A stretch of 64,000 nucleotides of DNA from IMG/VR virus record IMGVR_UViG_3300037488_003551, positions 32,001 through 96,000 of that record; one strand, 5' to 3'. Under the pieces are notes generated by a model. The model made no database searches and was not told where the DNA came from. It saw only the letters and a program-made list of their open reading frames with translations. Made by a program: the position numbers and the translations under genes. Each line of letters opens with the position of its first letter. Position 1 is the stretch's first letter. The stretch comes from a virus. This document shows positions 17,259 to 27,462 of the stretch, one piece after another.

Positions 17259-17318
17259 GCTTGCACAAACTAACCTCATAGCTTATAGATTGTAAAACAC
17301 CTACAGGAGGAACGGAAA

Positions 17319-18026
17319 ATGACAATAGGACCGTATTTTCTGGATCTGGCCCTGGACAAGTACGAGGTCTGTTGTGCCGTTCAGCATGACGGCGAGCTCT
17401 GTGAGCGCGATGCCTCGGAAGAGCTCATCGCGACCCACCCGGACGGACAGACTTTTTTCATCCCCCTCTGCAGCGACAAGCTCCACCGACTCAAAGCGGT
17501 CAGCGCGAAGAAGCATATCGAGAGCGGCCTGGACCCTCGAGAGGTCACCGAGGTCTACTACCATGGTCTCTTCTTGCAGCCGCAAGGCATGCAACGAAAA
17601 TGCAAGACAACGGAGTACGACCGGTTCTCCGTGCCAATAGGCATCACGAATTACTCAGAAAAGAAAAGTAGAAAAGGCGCAGCTCGAAAAGAAACCCTCC
17701 CCTCTCTTCCTCTCGAAGTTCTCCCAAAAACAATAAAAGCTCCGCGTACCTGGCAATGGATCGATGACGTTTTCCAGTGGATGGATACCGATGGGGAAGT
17801 AAAACCCCTTTTAAAAATGTCCAAACAACATCTCATCCTCACTGCCCTGGCCATTCGCGACGAAAACTACCAATCCTGCCCAAAGAAAATCGCTTGGACA
17901 AAAGAACTCATCGCTCCGAGCTTCAAGCTCGAGTATCCGGAAGGAGCTCTGTGTGTCGGTACGCGCGAAGCCAGTGCTAAGCTCGAGGAATTTGAAGAAG
18001 TTCTGGCAGAGCTTGGAGTCCTGTGA
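17319..18026 (+). CDS. Hypothetical protein with Cys/His-rich N-terminus (235 aa)
   Basis: SD AGGAGG; long ORF. Confidence 0.7.
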   Translation: MTIGPYFLDLALDKYEVCCAVQHDGELCERDASEELIATHPDGQTFFIPLCSDKLHRLKAVSAKKHIESGLDPREVTEVYYHGLFLQPQGMQRKCKTTEYDRFSVPIGITNYSEKKSRKGAARKETLPSLPLEVLPKTIKAPRTWQWIDDVFQWMDTDGEVKPLLKMSKQHLILTALAIRDENYQSCPKKIAWTKELIAPSFKLEYPEGALCVGTREASAKLEEFEEVLAELGVL

Positions 18027-18039
18027 CATATAATTGGGC

Positions 18040-18666
18040 ATGAGCGCGACAGGACTATTCAAAAGAGCCGTCTCAATATGGACCAAAGCCCCGGGTCTTC
18101 CTTTTACTGTTAGTGGAAATACAGTACCAGATGACCGACTACTCGGTATGTCCGAGTGGGCTCCCCGTGACATGATAGAGCGCATGGGTAAAGGAGTTCA
18201 TCGAGGTGAAGACGTCGATAAGTTAATCGAAGAAGAACGTGGAAGAGGACTCGGTAAAGCGGTTGGAGGCGGAGCTGCTCTTGGTGGACTAGGTGGAGGA
18301 GTCCTGGGACGCATTATATCAGGAAAAGCCGCGACCGACCCCATTGAGGATATTTTTGAAAAAGGCACAGGTGCTTCTTTACGAGGTCTTCGAAATCTAT
18401 CGCGTGTACCCGGAGCAGCAAAAGCTTTGACACTGGGTGGGGTAGGACTGGGGGCTCTCGCAGGAGGTATCGGTTGGGGTAGAGGCGCTAAAGACCGGGA
18501 GAGCACGGCTCGTGACGTAGCATCTGGTCTGCACACGGAGCAATTAACCGCGGGTAATGCTAGTCTTCAAAATCAACTAATGGCGCGACAACTTTTGAAC
18601 GCTAATCCTATGCCTTCTGCAACCGCATCTACACCTCTCGTAGCGCAGACAGGAAAATCGATATGA
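18040..18666 (+). CDS. Glycine-zipper protein with short leader ending FKRA
   Basis: TATAAT-N5-ATG; zippers GGGAALGGLGGGVLG and GGVGLGALAGGIGWG. Confidence 0.75.
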   Translation: MSATGLFKRAVSIWTKAPGLPFTVSGNTVPDDRLLGMSEWAPRDMIERMGKGVHRGEDVDKLIEEERGRGLGKAVGGGAALGGLGGGVLGRIISGKAATDPIEDIFEKGTGASLRGLRNLSRVPGAAKALTLGGVGLGALAGGIGWGRGAKDRESTARDVASGLHTEQLTAGNASLQNQLMARQLLNANPMPSATASTPLVAQTGKSI

Positions 18667-19010
18667 TGCGTGGCATACAAAAACTAGCGGAGCTTGACGG
18701 CAAAGCTATTCTCGGTGGTGGCGCTGCTGGACTCGGTGCATACGCGTTAGCAAATACGCTTACAAAAAGTACCGCGGAAGCTCAACGCATCGCTATGGAA
18801 AAGGCGATAGAGTCTTATGCTAGAACAAAAGCTACGCCGCTTGTTGCTGGCGCAATCACAGCTCTACTTGTAGGAGCATTCGTAGCTTCTAGGATGAAGA
18901 ACAAAGTACAACAACCAACGATGACTCCGCAGCAGATGATGTACCAGCGCCAAGGCTTTCTCCCAGGTGAAGCTGTTCCATTTCCATCTGTAAGTGCGAA
19001 GTACCGATGA
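18663..19010 (+). CDS. Two-TM glycine-zipper protein with short leader ending QKLA
   Basis: ATGA-coupled to the previous gene; GGGAAGLGAY. Confidence 0.75.
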   Translation: MMRGIQKLAELDGKAILGGGAAGLGAYALANTLTKSTAEAQRIAMEKAIESYARTKATPLVAGAITALLVGAFVASRMKNKVQQPTMTPQQMMYQRQGFLPGEAVPFPSVSAKYR

Positions 19011-19127
19011 CAACTCCACGACCCACCATCTATAGAATACCCTCGAAGAATCTCCCAAGGCGTCCTGCTGAAGAGAAGGATAAACGTCTCTGGGAAAAAA
19101 ATAAACAAAAGCGTGGTATAAAGTAGA

Positions 19128-19575
19128 GTCGCGATTCTCGTGTAGATGTTGAGCTCGCATGAGTTGGAGCTTGACCGCTGCAGCTACTGCAGTATTTTAG
19201 TCTAATAAGAAAGAAGAGCCATGCCTTTCGGTCGGAGCCGAAAGAGATGAGCTCATGAGCGTCACCGCTACGATTGGCGGTAGCGTCGACGTCCTAGTAC
19301 ACGAGGACCGCGACATTTTAATTAGGCCGCACTGCAGCGTTTTTTAAAAAGAACGCCAGCTGAAGATACTTCAGTACTAAAGGCAACAACAGTGGTTAGA
19401 GTCGTACACGAATCTTTTAGCTTCTTGCTCCTCGAAGTTTTCTATTTTGCGACAAAATAGAAAACGTTCTCCTCGCGGCGAAGTAAAAAGATTCTTGCCG
19501 AACTCTCAGGAGTGCGGTAGGGGAAGGCGTGCCGAGAGTCTCTTCGGAGGCTCTCAGTACGCCGACCTCTTTTTT
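19128..19575 (+). ncRNA. Candidate two-domain structured ncRNA (about 450 nt including terminator)
   Basis: No ORF. Domain 1 is closed by gtcgcg..ctcgtgta (19128-19144) / tacacgag..cgcgac (19298-19314). Domain 2 is closed by ccgcact (19327) / agtgcgg (19517) and has a 13-bp perfect hairpin at 19437-19465. GGTATAAAG lies upstream; UUCG terminator hairpin and T-run at 19519-19575. Confidence 0.7.
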
Positions 19576-19598
19576 TGCTCCTGAGTTATAATTGGAGG

Positions 19599-19952
19599 AT
19601 GGAAACTACCTACGACAAAGTTCTCAGCTGGTACAACAAGCAGCCGTGGTGGGGAAAGATTCTCTTCTTTGGAGTTCTCATCCTGCCCTTGCTCATAGGT
19701 ATTGCGCGCTATGCTACGCTTTTAATCCCAGAGAAAAAACTCGTCCCTTTCACCAAGCCTTCGAACTCACCTCCTTTTGGGAAAGTGAACGAAGCATTGG
19801 ATACTCGCCTCGAGGATTTAAAGAAAGAGTTGATATCTAAGCTGGAGACAGTACGGCAAACAGGTATTAGAGCTGGAGAACGACGTGAAACTATAAAGGC
19901 TGCAACGACAATGGCGGAGCTCGACGAAATCAAAAAGAGGTATGGTCTATGA
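19599..19952 (+). CDS. N-terminal TM + coiled-coil protein (i-spanin-like architecture)
   Basis: WWGKILFFGVLILPLLIGIA followed by a heptad-rich region; TATAAT-N6-ATG. Confidence 0.55.
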   Translation: METTYDKVLSWYNKQPWWGKILFFGVLILPLLIGIARYATLLIPEKKLVPFTKPSNSPPFGKVNEALDTRLEDLKKELISKLETVRQTGIRAGERRETIKAATTMAELDEIKKRYGL

Positions 19953-20398
19953 AAAAACTCTTTGGAATTTTTTGCCTAACTCTAGTTTTTTGGAGTGCCT
20001 CCCTCGCGGCTGAAGACTTTCCCGAACGCCGAGTCCCGGACGTACCGGCTACGACGATAAAAGGAACAGAGTACAAGTGTTTTGATACGGCACAGTACGC
20101 AACGCTCTTGCTCTTATCCTCAGACTATCAAGCTCTGCGCCAAGTTTACTACTTAAATATCCCTAAAACGTACAACGACCTCGAGGATGTATATGTTCTC
20201 AAACTCTCTTTGAAAGACGATGAGATTTCTTTTCTCCATGGAAAATTATCAGAGGCTCAAAAAGAAATTGCTGCTCGGTACGCCGCTGACGAGAAGATAG
20301 TGAAAAGACTACAACTCTCAGCTACGGGTTGGAAGATTATTTCAGGGGTTGAAGCCGCGTTACTTGTGGTGATGACGGGTTACGCCGTTTTTAAGTAA
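19949..20398 (+). CDS. Signal peptide + coiled-coil + C-terminal hydrophobic anchor protein
   Basis: MKKLFGIFCLTLVFWSASLA-AED; C-terminal IISGVEAALLVVMTGYAVF; ATGA-coupled. Confidence 0.65.
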   Translation: MKKLFGIFCLTLVFWSASLAAEDFPERRVPDVPATTIKGTEYKCFDTAQYATLLLLSSDYQALRQVYYLNIPKTYNDLEDVYVLKLSLKDDEISFLHGKLSEAQKEIAARYAADEKIVKRLQLSATGWKIISGVEAALLVVMTGYAVFK

Positions 20399-20402
20399 GA
20401 AC

Positions 20403-20960
20403 TCAGCCGAACAATCCGAGGGCTTCTTGGAGTTGGGGCTGTACCGACCGATTTTGGAAGAGGCTGTTTAGGATAGGGGTCTGCTGCTGAGCTTGGAGGA
20501 GTTGGTCCATTTGACGAAGTTGGGTCGCTCGCTCAGGGAAAGCTCCCGCGAATTGATTCTGCTGAACGATATTGACCGGAGTCTTAGGAGCAGCTTGAAG
20601 GCGTATGGCTGCAGGGTCATAACCTGGGAGATTCTTAGCTCGGGCTGCAGCCGGTACGCTTGCAGCTGGGACTTGTTCTGCTCTCGTTCTGAATGGAGCT
20701 TGCGGAACAACTGTTCTAGACTTTAATTCTTCCATGAATTGAAGTTGCGTAGGGGTAGGAGCACCGGGTTTTACCGTAGCACGTGCAAGCGGATTCAGTC
20801 CCGTATTTTGAACGGATGTCGCCGCGGAGCCTGGAGGAAGTGGCGTCTTCCGGGAGAAGAGTGTTTTAGCTGCGCGTGTAACTGAATCTAGGATGCCAGC
20901 TTCCTTCTGGAATCCTAGGTCTACTAGTGCTTGTGCGTACCCTACTTGCTGGAAGTTCAT
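20403..20960 (-). CDS. Type-B leader (MNFQQVGYAQALVDLGFQKEA) plus Pro/Gln/Ala-rich payload
   Basis: Leader nearly matches the adjacent gene; ATGA coupling. Confidence 0.75.
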   Translation of the reverse strand: MNFQQVGYAQALVDLGFQKEAGILDSVTRAAKTLFSRKTPLPPGSAATSVQNTGLNPLARATVKPGAPTPTQLQFMEELKSRTVVPQAPFRTRAEQVPAASVPAAARAKNLPGYDPAAIRLQAAPKTPVNIVQQNQFAGAFPERATQLRQMDQLLQAQQQTPILNSLFQNRSVQPQLQEALGLFG

Positions 20961-21463
20961 TGGTAACCCATTGGCATCTGTTGCTGGCCGTATTGCTGCA
21001 TGGGTTGGCTAGGAGGTGGAGCTCCCATACCCGTTACATACCCTAAGCCACCTGCTCCGGCACCAGCTAGACCCACACTCATGAGGGGATTTCGTCGGAT
21101 ACGGTTCAGCATCCCCCCGCCCGCTGCAGCTTGAGGTGGAGGCGCCGAGGCGGCAGGAGACGCGGGAGGAGGAGCTCCCGGGGGCGCAGCCGGAGCCGCT
21201 GTTTGTCCTGCAGGTGCTTTGGGCTTAACACCTGCGAAGGCGTCCTCTGCCCGTCCTGTTGCGTTGGCTCCAGGAGGTTTACGAGGAGTCCGACCAGCTG
21301 CGAACCTCTCGACATCGTCCATGGCCGTAACTCCTGGACCTGCTTTTGGAACCGCTTTCGGCGCTCGACTAAAAAGCTGCTTTAACCAACCAAAGCCTGC
21401 CGCTGTTTTCTCAAGCCCCAAATCTGACAGGGCTGAATGGTATCCAATTTCAATCAAATTCAT
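20957..21463 (-). CDS. Type-B leader (MNLIEIGYHSALSDLGLEKTA) plus Pro/Ala linker and glycine zipper (168 aa)
   Basis: TAGAATT at 21488-21482 and GGAGG SD place the start at 21463 rather than 21706. Confidence 0.75.
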   Translation of the reverse strand: MNLIEIGYHSALSDLGLEKTAAGFGWLKQLFSRAPKAVPKAGPGVTAMDDVERFAAGRTPRKPPGANATGRAEDAFAGVKPKAPAGQTAAPAAPPGAPPPASPAASAPPPQAAAGGGMLNRIRRNPLMSVGLAGAGAGGLGYVTGMGAPPPSQPMQQYGQQQMPMGYQ

Positions 21464-21535
21464 GCTAGTCCTCCGTGCCAAAATTCTACTCGATTTCTGG
21501 TACAAGCTCTGAGACAATTTTACACCCAGGAGGGC

Positions 21536-22423
21536 ATGATGACATTCCAAAGAGAGCTGCGCCAGCTCACACAGAAACGGCGTAAGGTTACCACTTGGAC
21601 CTTTATGATAGTCTTTATTCTTCTTTTGGGTACCGGTGGGGGCTTTTTCATTGCGTTGATTGGTGCTACTTTCTTTTCGACGATAGCACGGATGGGTGTG
21701 ACTCACGAACTGGAAAAATTCAACCGGCGGTTGTATCTAGGAGGAAAGAAGCCATGGGCGTAACCAGTTTAGAAGTCGGGCTGAAGACTCGAACCGAGGA
21801 CCTGAAGAAGCTGTGGGAGACGCTGAAATCCGGCGTAACAATTGAAGATAATCGTTTTGTGAAAATCAACAATTATCTCGCGGAAATTCCCATTCGAATG
21901 CAGCGTAGAGAAGGATATGAAGCTCTCTTCGCTCTTACACGCGCCGCTACCCTGTTAGGAGAGATTAGAATTGAATACAGAGATACAGAAAGAAGAACCG
22001 AAGATGGAACTGACCAAGGAGACACTGTGGAGTGTACCGCTGAGGAGGCTCCGTCAAACGTACATCCTCTTAGGTGAGGAGCTTCCAAAGATGATCAACG
22101 AAGCGTACCTCGATATCCTCGAGCAGTTGTACGGGGTGTTAGGGGATGAGGCTACCGTTACAGCCACGCGATTGGATGACTCGTCATTCACAGTCATCGA
22201 GGTTCTAGCGTCTCCAGAGTGTATCCGACCCCTCGCTGATATTCTAAAAGAGACGTCAGAAGTACGGGGATTTGGGATGGCGTTCAAAGCTGAGACCTGC
22301 TTGCCCTTCATCCGCTACCAAATCACGCTGTATTACCTGCCACTCGAGCTCGACTGGGTATGGAATACGGTTTCCCCTACGCCGATTACGCTCAAGACCA
22401 TCGTCAAGAAACTGAAGAAGTAA
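21536..22423 (+). CDS. Three small coupled hypothetical genes (21536-21763 membrane protein; about 21754-22077; about 22004-22423)
   Basis: First genes after GGTACAAG at 21499-21506; SD AGGAGG before 21536. The other starts are approximate. Confidence 0.55.
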
Positions 22424-22453
22424 TTCTCTAAAAACAAGAGGAGGAGGGTCGAG

Positions 22454-23686
22454 ATGAAACTTCATCATCCGGAGAGCCTTATGCTGAAATACGGCGAGGC
22501 TCTACAGCGTGTCGAGAAACTTTATAAAGGTCCTACTTATATGAGTACGGGTCTAATGGCTGAGGTGATAAATCTTACGCCGCTATCCGTGTATTTTATC
22601 CCACCTGTCCGAGACGTTTTAAAAGACTCGGATAACCCAGCTTCTTTTCTACTGCTCAAAGAAGATGGCCGACTCAGCGAACTGCTTGAGGGAGTAAGGG
22701 ACACGTTTAAAAACTTTGGGAGTATGCCTGAGTCTATTCTAGCGGAAGAAATCATGACGGCATTGAAATACACGCACTCGTATCTCGTGTGGTCTATGAA
22801 TGGGTCACGCCTTTATGAAGTGCACCCGGACTTAGCGTGGGCGTTACAGCGCACGGAGCTTCAAGATTTCCCTACGGAAGATTTGCAACTACCCTGCAAC
22901 GCTCTGTATCTGGAGCTCCCACCGACGCTCTATATCCCGAACCGTATTACGGGTGACCATCCCACCGCGGGTGCTTTTATCATGGAGGAACTCCTCGATG
23001 ATATACGCACTTGGAGAATTGTTTTAACGGGTGGACCCAATGAATCTTCGGAAAGTAAGGACTACGTAAAGAAATATGGAAGTGACGACGCCCTTTTTCA
23101 TTACTGGATAGACTTCAGTCAAAAGACCGTGCAGGAGTGTATCGCGGCGCAATTGGAAACAACGCGCACTGGCAGCGAGCGTACGTGTCACTGGAAAGGT
23201 AAATCATACCATGCTATCTCCCCCAAATACATAGACGACGGTCCCGCTTTTGAGGACCTCCGTAAAACGCTGACAAGCACATTCCAGTACATCATGAACT
23301 GCGTCATTTACTCTACGACTGCAGAATCTGATGTCTGGTTTTATGAGGCCTCAAAAGAATACCGCGACCTCAAAGACCGGGCGATGAAAGCGAAGGGTGA
23401 CAAGCGCAAGCGTTTGTTCGCAGAGCTCAAGAACGTGTCGTCGCACACTCGGTATGTCATGGGCAGCCGCACGGTCATCGACCGCAAGCGCACCAAGGAA
23501 GCGAGCGTCGAGGGCGAGGGCCGCAAGCTCACCAAGGGCGGGCTCGTCGCCGGCCACTGGCAGAGGTACTGGGTAGGTGAAGGGCGTAAAACATGCGTAC
23601 GAAAACTGAGACTCCCCTTCTGGCGTGGGCCAGGGGAAGAATTCGTGCCGGCTGAAGAGGGTCGGCATGTGACAAAACTTAAGTAA
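22454..23686 (+). CDS. Phage hypothetical protein with C-terminal V-x-G-H-W..W-x-G..P-F-W-R-G motif (410 aa)
   Basis: Strong SD GAGGAGG; motif VAGHWQRYWVGEGRK...LPFWRG. Confidence 0.75.
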   Translation: MKLHHPESLMLKYGEALQRVEKLYKGPTYMSTGLMAEVINLTPLSVYFIPPVRDVLKDSDNPASFLLLKEDGRLSELLEGVRDTFKNFGSMPESILAEEIMTALKYTHSYLVWSMNGSRLYEVHPDLAWALQRTELQDFPTEDLQLPCNALYLELPPTLYIPNRITGDHPTAGAFIMEELLDDIRTWRIVLTGGPNESSESKDYVKKYGSDDALFHYWIDFSQKTVQECIAAQLETTRTGSERTCHWKGKSYHAISPKYIDDGPAFEDLRKTLTSTFQYIMNCVIYSTTAESDVWFYEASKEYRDLKDRAMKAKGDKRKRLFAELKNVSSHTRYVMGSRTVIDRKRTKEASVEGEGRKLTKGGLVAGHWQRYWVGEGRKTCVRKLRLPFWRGPGEEFVPAEEGRHVTKLK

Positions 23687-24035
23687 TTAGCGGTATAAGA
23701 AAAAGTCTTTCTGGGGGATTTTTAAATCAAGCGAATAAACCAAGTCAGACCCAACCAAGAAAAAGGAGAGTGATGATGGTCCACGAAGCAGTGAAGTGGG
23801 AGACGGAGAGCTTTGGGCGGAAAATCTTAACTGAAACAGTTATGGAAGGTGGACAGGTATTACGAACGCAATCACTGCGCGTGCGTAAACATCCGACGTC
23901 AAATGGGATTAGATTTGTTGCCCTTTTGACGACTGACTTTGATGCATATGACGGATTTACAGGTTTTGTCTGTCCTTTTTGTGGGAGCACGGAGAGGACA
24001 AATTGTTGTCAGTGTGCCAACTGTGGAGTGACGCG

Positions 24036-24350
24036 ATGGTAACGTTGAAAAGGATTGAAGATAACGCGGCACGGCTCGAGAAGATTTGGCCGGGGCGAAA
24101 AACCTTCGCGGCGATAACAGTTGCGGAGGTCCTTGAAATCAAGTATGCGGACGTCATCGCCATGGTCCGCGCTGGCGCCTTCCCTGCCTGGAAGGAGAGC
24201 GGCACCTGGTCTATCCCCATGTGGGAGCAAGGGTGCCCTCTTGAGTGGGCACAGAACAGGCGCTATGATACGTCCCGTCGGTACCAGGGTGGAAAGGTGC
24301 CATTTGACAAGCTCTTCGCGGAGCTAGTGGATGTGACCGATGGGATATAG
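24036..24350 (+). CDS. Excisionase/MerR-like winged-HTH DNA-binding protein
   Basis: TVAEVLEIKYADVIAMVRAGAFPAWKESGTWSIP; GGAG SD before ATG 24036. Confidence 0.6.
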   Translation: MVTLKRIEDNAARLEKIWPGRKTFAAITVAEVLEIKYADVIAMVRAGAFPAWKESGTWSIPMWEQGCPLEWAQNRRYDTSRRYQGGKVPFDKLFAELVDVTDGI

Positions 24351-24729
24351 AAGCCAAGTAGCCATCGTCATCAAAGACGACGCATTCCAAGAAGCGCTTT
24401 TGAAAGAGGGCGTGGATCTTCAGGAAGAAGTACGTAAGTGTCTGGAACAATATACGGACGAGACCATACACTACGAGTGTAAACTCACGTACAGCCACTA
24501 GGATTCGTAGGCTAGGGGGACTCGACATCCCTTAGCTTACACTTTCAAAATGGAAACACCTTTACAAGAAACTCTTGGGATACTTCAGCGCACTGCACAG
24601 GCGCTTAACACTATTTATTGGACGGAGTTACAAGAAAATCGTCCGCCCTCTCTTAAATACCGAGAGGCGTTAAAGAGGCTCCGAATGCGCATCTATAATC
24701 TACAAAAATCCTTGGGAGTGATCGCATGA
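24340..24729 (+). CDS. Two short ORFs missed by the track: 24340-24501 (MGYRSQVAIV..., 53 aa) and 24550-24729 (METPLQ..., 59 aa)
   Basis: They fill the gap on the coding strand. The second has TACACT-N6-ATG and an ATGA overlap with 24726. Confidence 0.55.
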
Positions 24730-27437
24730 AGTTGGAAAATCAAATCGAAAACTACCTTAAAGCCGAGCCGACCAAGCGGTATTCGACAGAGGATATTACT
24801 GTTCGGTTTGGACGGAATAGAAAGGTTACAGCCGTCCTGCAGAAAATACGCGCAGGGTACATGCCGTACCTTTACTTTTCAAAAGAGCGGACACCTAAAG
24901 GAACCGGCCTTCGTTTTGAGTATTACTATATACCCGAAGGATTTGAGCCCCTGCCTAAAATCCTTACGTTCCGGGAGCTTATTGAAAAAGGATATTTGCA
25001 AGAGGCCAATCGTCTCTTTTTTAACACACTGGGTTTGAGCTTAGCTATCGCAAGCGAGGATGCGCCTAGCCTTATCGTTTATGACTTCAGAGATTCTTTA
25101 CACGGGGTTATGTTCAGCCCTGAAGTTACTTGCAATCCGAAGTTTAAAGAGCGAGTTGAGTATGTTGCGTTTGAGCGCGAAACAAAAAGGCTTGTACGTC
25201 AGACGTTGAGCAAGTTTAGTATAGGAGATGGTTCTAAGAGGTCACATAAACAAAAACAATCCAGGTGAAAGAGGTTCAATATGAGTTGGGAAAAACTGGG
25301 TAAAGTAGAAACAGCTGGAATCCTAGGGGCTGCCACTGGATATGGAGTTGTTTCTTATTCGGGTCTGACAGCGGCAGGAATGATGGGTAAAAATTTTGGG
25401 ATAGGGTGCTCAGCTGGCCTCGTTGGAGCGGGCGCTGGAGCAGTTCTTGGAGTATCACTCTACGCATTAGGGGACGTAATTATGGACCTATTCGAAACAC
25501 CAAAGGAAACTCCCTTCGAACGGTGTCTGCGTGAAATGCGGAGAACCTATTAGATGAAATTTGTAGTACGCATTCAAAAGTCTTCGGTTACTTTTGCGGA
25601 AGTAATAGTAGATGCAGAAAGCAAAGAGGACGCTCGGGGTAAAGCTGAAGCGGACGTAAATTTAAGCCTTCTTCGTTGGATGAGTCCCGAGACTCTAATC
25701 GAAATAATAGGGATCGATGAAGTCGAGACTCCTAAAGAACCTCTGTGTCCTCATTGCGGCGCTCAAAACTTCCGAGAATTACAAACCGTCTATGAAGCCC
25801 AAAAGGTTTCATGGAATGCGGATGGAAATTTCTTAGAGTATGGTAATGTGGAATTCCAGGAGATGGAATCCGTAACAGGTATTGAGTGCGCGTCTTGCGG
25901 CAAGGACCTTGGTGAGGATTTCTTCCAGCCGTGGCATCAAGGTAAGACGCGCAGTGAGATATACGGCGAACACGAAACAACGAACAACACGAAAGGAGAA
26001 GACCAGCATGACTGAGATCCAGAAACTGGTTAAGGGTGAGAAGACGGCCTTACCAGTCGCGTTGATTGGCGGCAGCGGAGCCGGATGGGTGACCGCGGAC
26101 CCCGCTGTAGACGGCCTTTTGGTGATCCCCAAGTGTGGGGTAGGAGCTGTAATCCTGTCCGAATCGGACTTAGCAGACTTTGGATACGTCAAACGGAGGA
26201 ATCAGAAACGTGCCAGTGTACCAAGTCCAGAGGACAGTTCGCCGAAATCAAAAGGCGCGCGTAAACGCAAGCAACGCGACGGAAGCTCAGCTAGTAGCGG
26301 AGGACCTTCCGGACAATAAGTGGATAGCATTTGATCTCGCCAGGACCTTGCCAAGGACCCCACCACTTCCGTTCGGAACTGACCCCACGCTCCCGTTTTA
26401 AGGTCACCAAGCTCTGTTCTCAGTTGATAAACTGAAAAACGAACACGTTTTACTTTGAAGGTGGGGCTTCGGCCCTGCCTCAAATTTTGCTCATAAAGTC
26501 GGTATAAGAGCATGATGTATTTTGAAGGATGTTTTTAACAGACGAGAAAGGAGCTTCAATGCTTGAAGTAAAACACGGCTCAAAAATACGAACCTGGGGC
26601 GGATGGTATCGGCACGACGAAGTCTTTTTGGATGGGAGGTGCATCGGGCGGTTTCAGATAAGACTCCGAAATAAGCGAATAGATTCGACGACCTGCCACG
26701 ATGCAACCTCTTCCGGTGTGCTTGGAAGTAATTTACAATGGCTTATCCGCACGGAGGAGTCATGGCAAATTACCAAGCAAGTACCGTCTGCCCACTTTGC
26801 CAATATACGAAGCATTTAACGTACGATGAAGCTTGTAAGCTCGTGTCCCAATCAATTCGGTATCGAGATGTCTCGGTTGCTTGTACAGCCTGCACCTGGT
26901 CATTCTCAGCAAAAAACAACATCGTTTTTAGAGAGGAGAACAATCCATGCCACGCTCTAAGCGCGAAAACCAAATACGACACGCGCGAAAGCGTGCCCAT
27001 CAGCGGTTCGGTTTAAACGCCACACATATCCAACAAATCGAAGAGGACATCCGAAATCAGAAGTGCCAGCTCCTCGAACGCCAGTCGAACATCCGTACGG
27101 CTTGGTACGTTGAAATCGAGGAGCTCGAAATCGTCGCTGTATACGACAGCCGGCGAAACGTTGTCGTAACCCTAATACCGTACGAATGGTGGAAAGCAGG
27201 ACATGCAGGTACGAGTACGTCTGTGCGCGAAAGGACACCGATAGTCCAGTTCTTATCAACCCCCTAGCGGTGTGGGCTGAGAACCCCCGGGAGGCCGCTA
27301 AGCTCTATGGGAGAATGACCAAAGTGGGAGAGAGTGGGATGACCGTGTGCGTGGAGCGGGAAGGGCGGTCTGTTAAGTTCCACGTGTACCTAGAGTGCGT
27401 CCCCGAAATCTGCGTGAGATTTTTGTCTGCTTCGTAA
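24726..27437 (+). CDS. Run of small hypothetical genes (24726-25268, 25281-25553 glycine zipper, 25554-26015 Zn-ribbon, 26008-26319, 26762-27016 Zn-ribbon, 26947-27267, 27186-27437)
   Basis: Co-oriented and abutting, with SD motifs and CxxC pairs. Confidence 0.6.
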
Positions 27438-27462
27438 TAGACACTGGACATGGAGAAAAAAT

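Noticed and set aside
19360-19385. Hammerhead ribozyme (CUGAAGA core)
   Set aside because: No GAAA follows the stem, and CUGAAG is itself paired in a hairpin.
20957-21706. 249-aa version of this minus-strand ORF, and similar long starts at 4254, 12789, 16398, 34608, 48905
   Set aside because: The extensions overlap other genes or structured RNA; SD or -10 motifs support the downstream ATGs.
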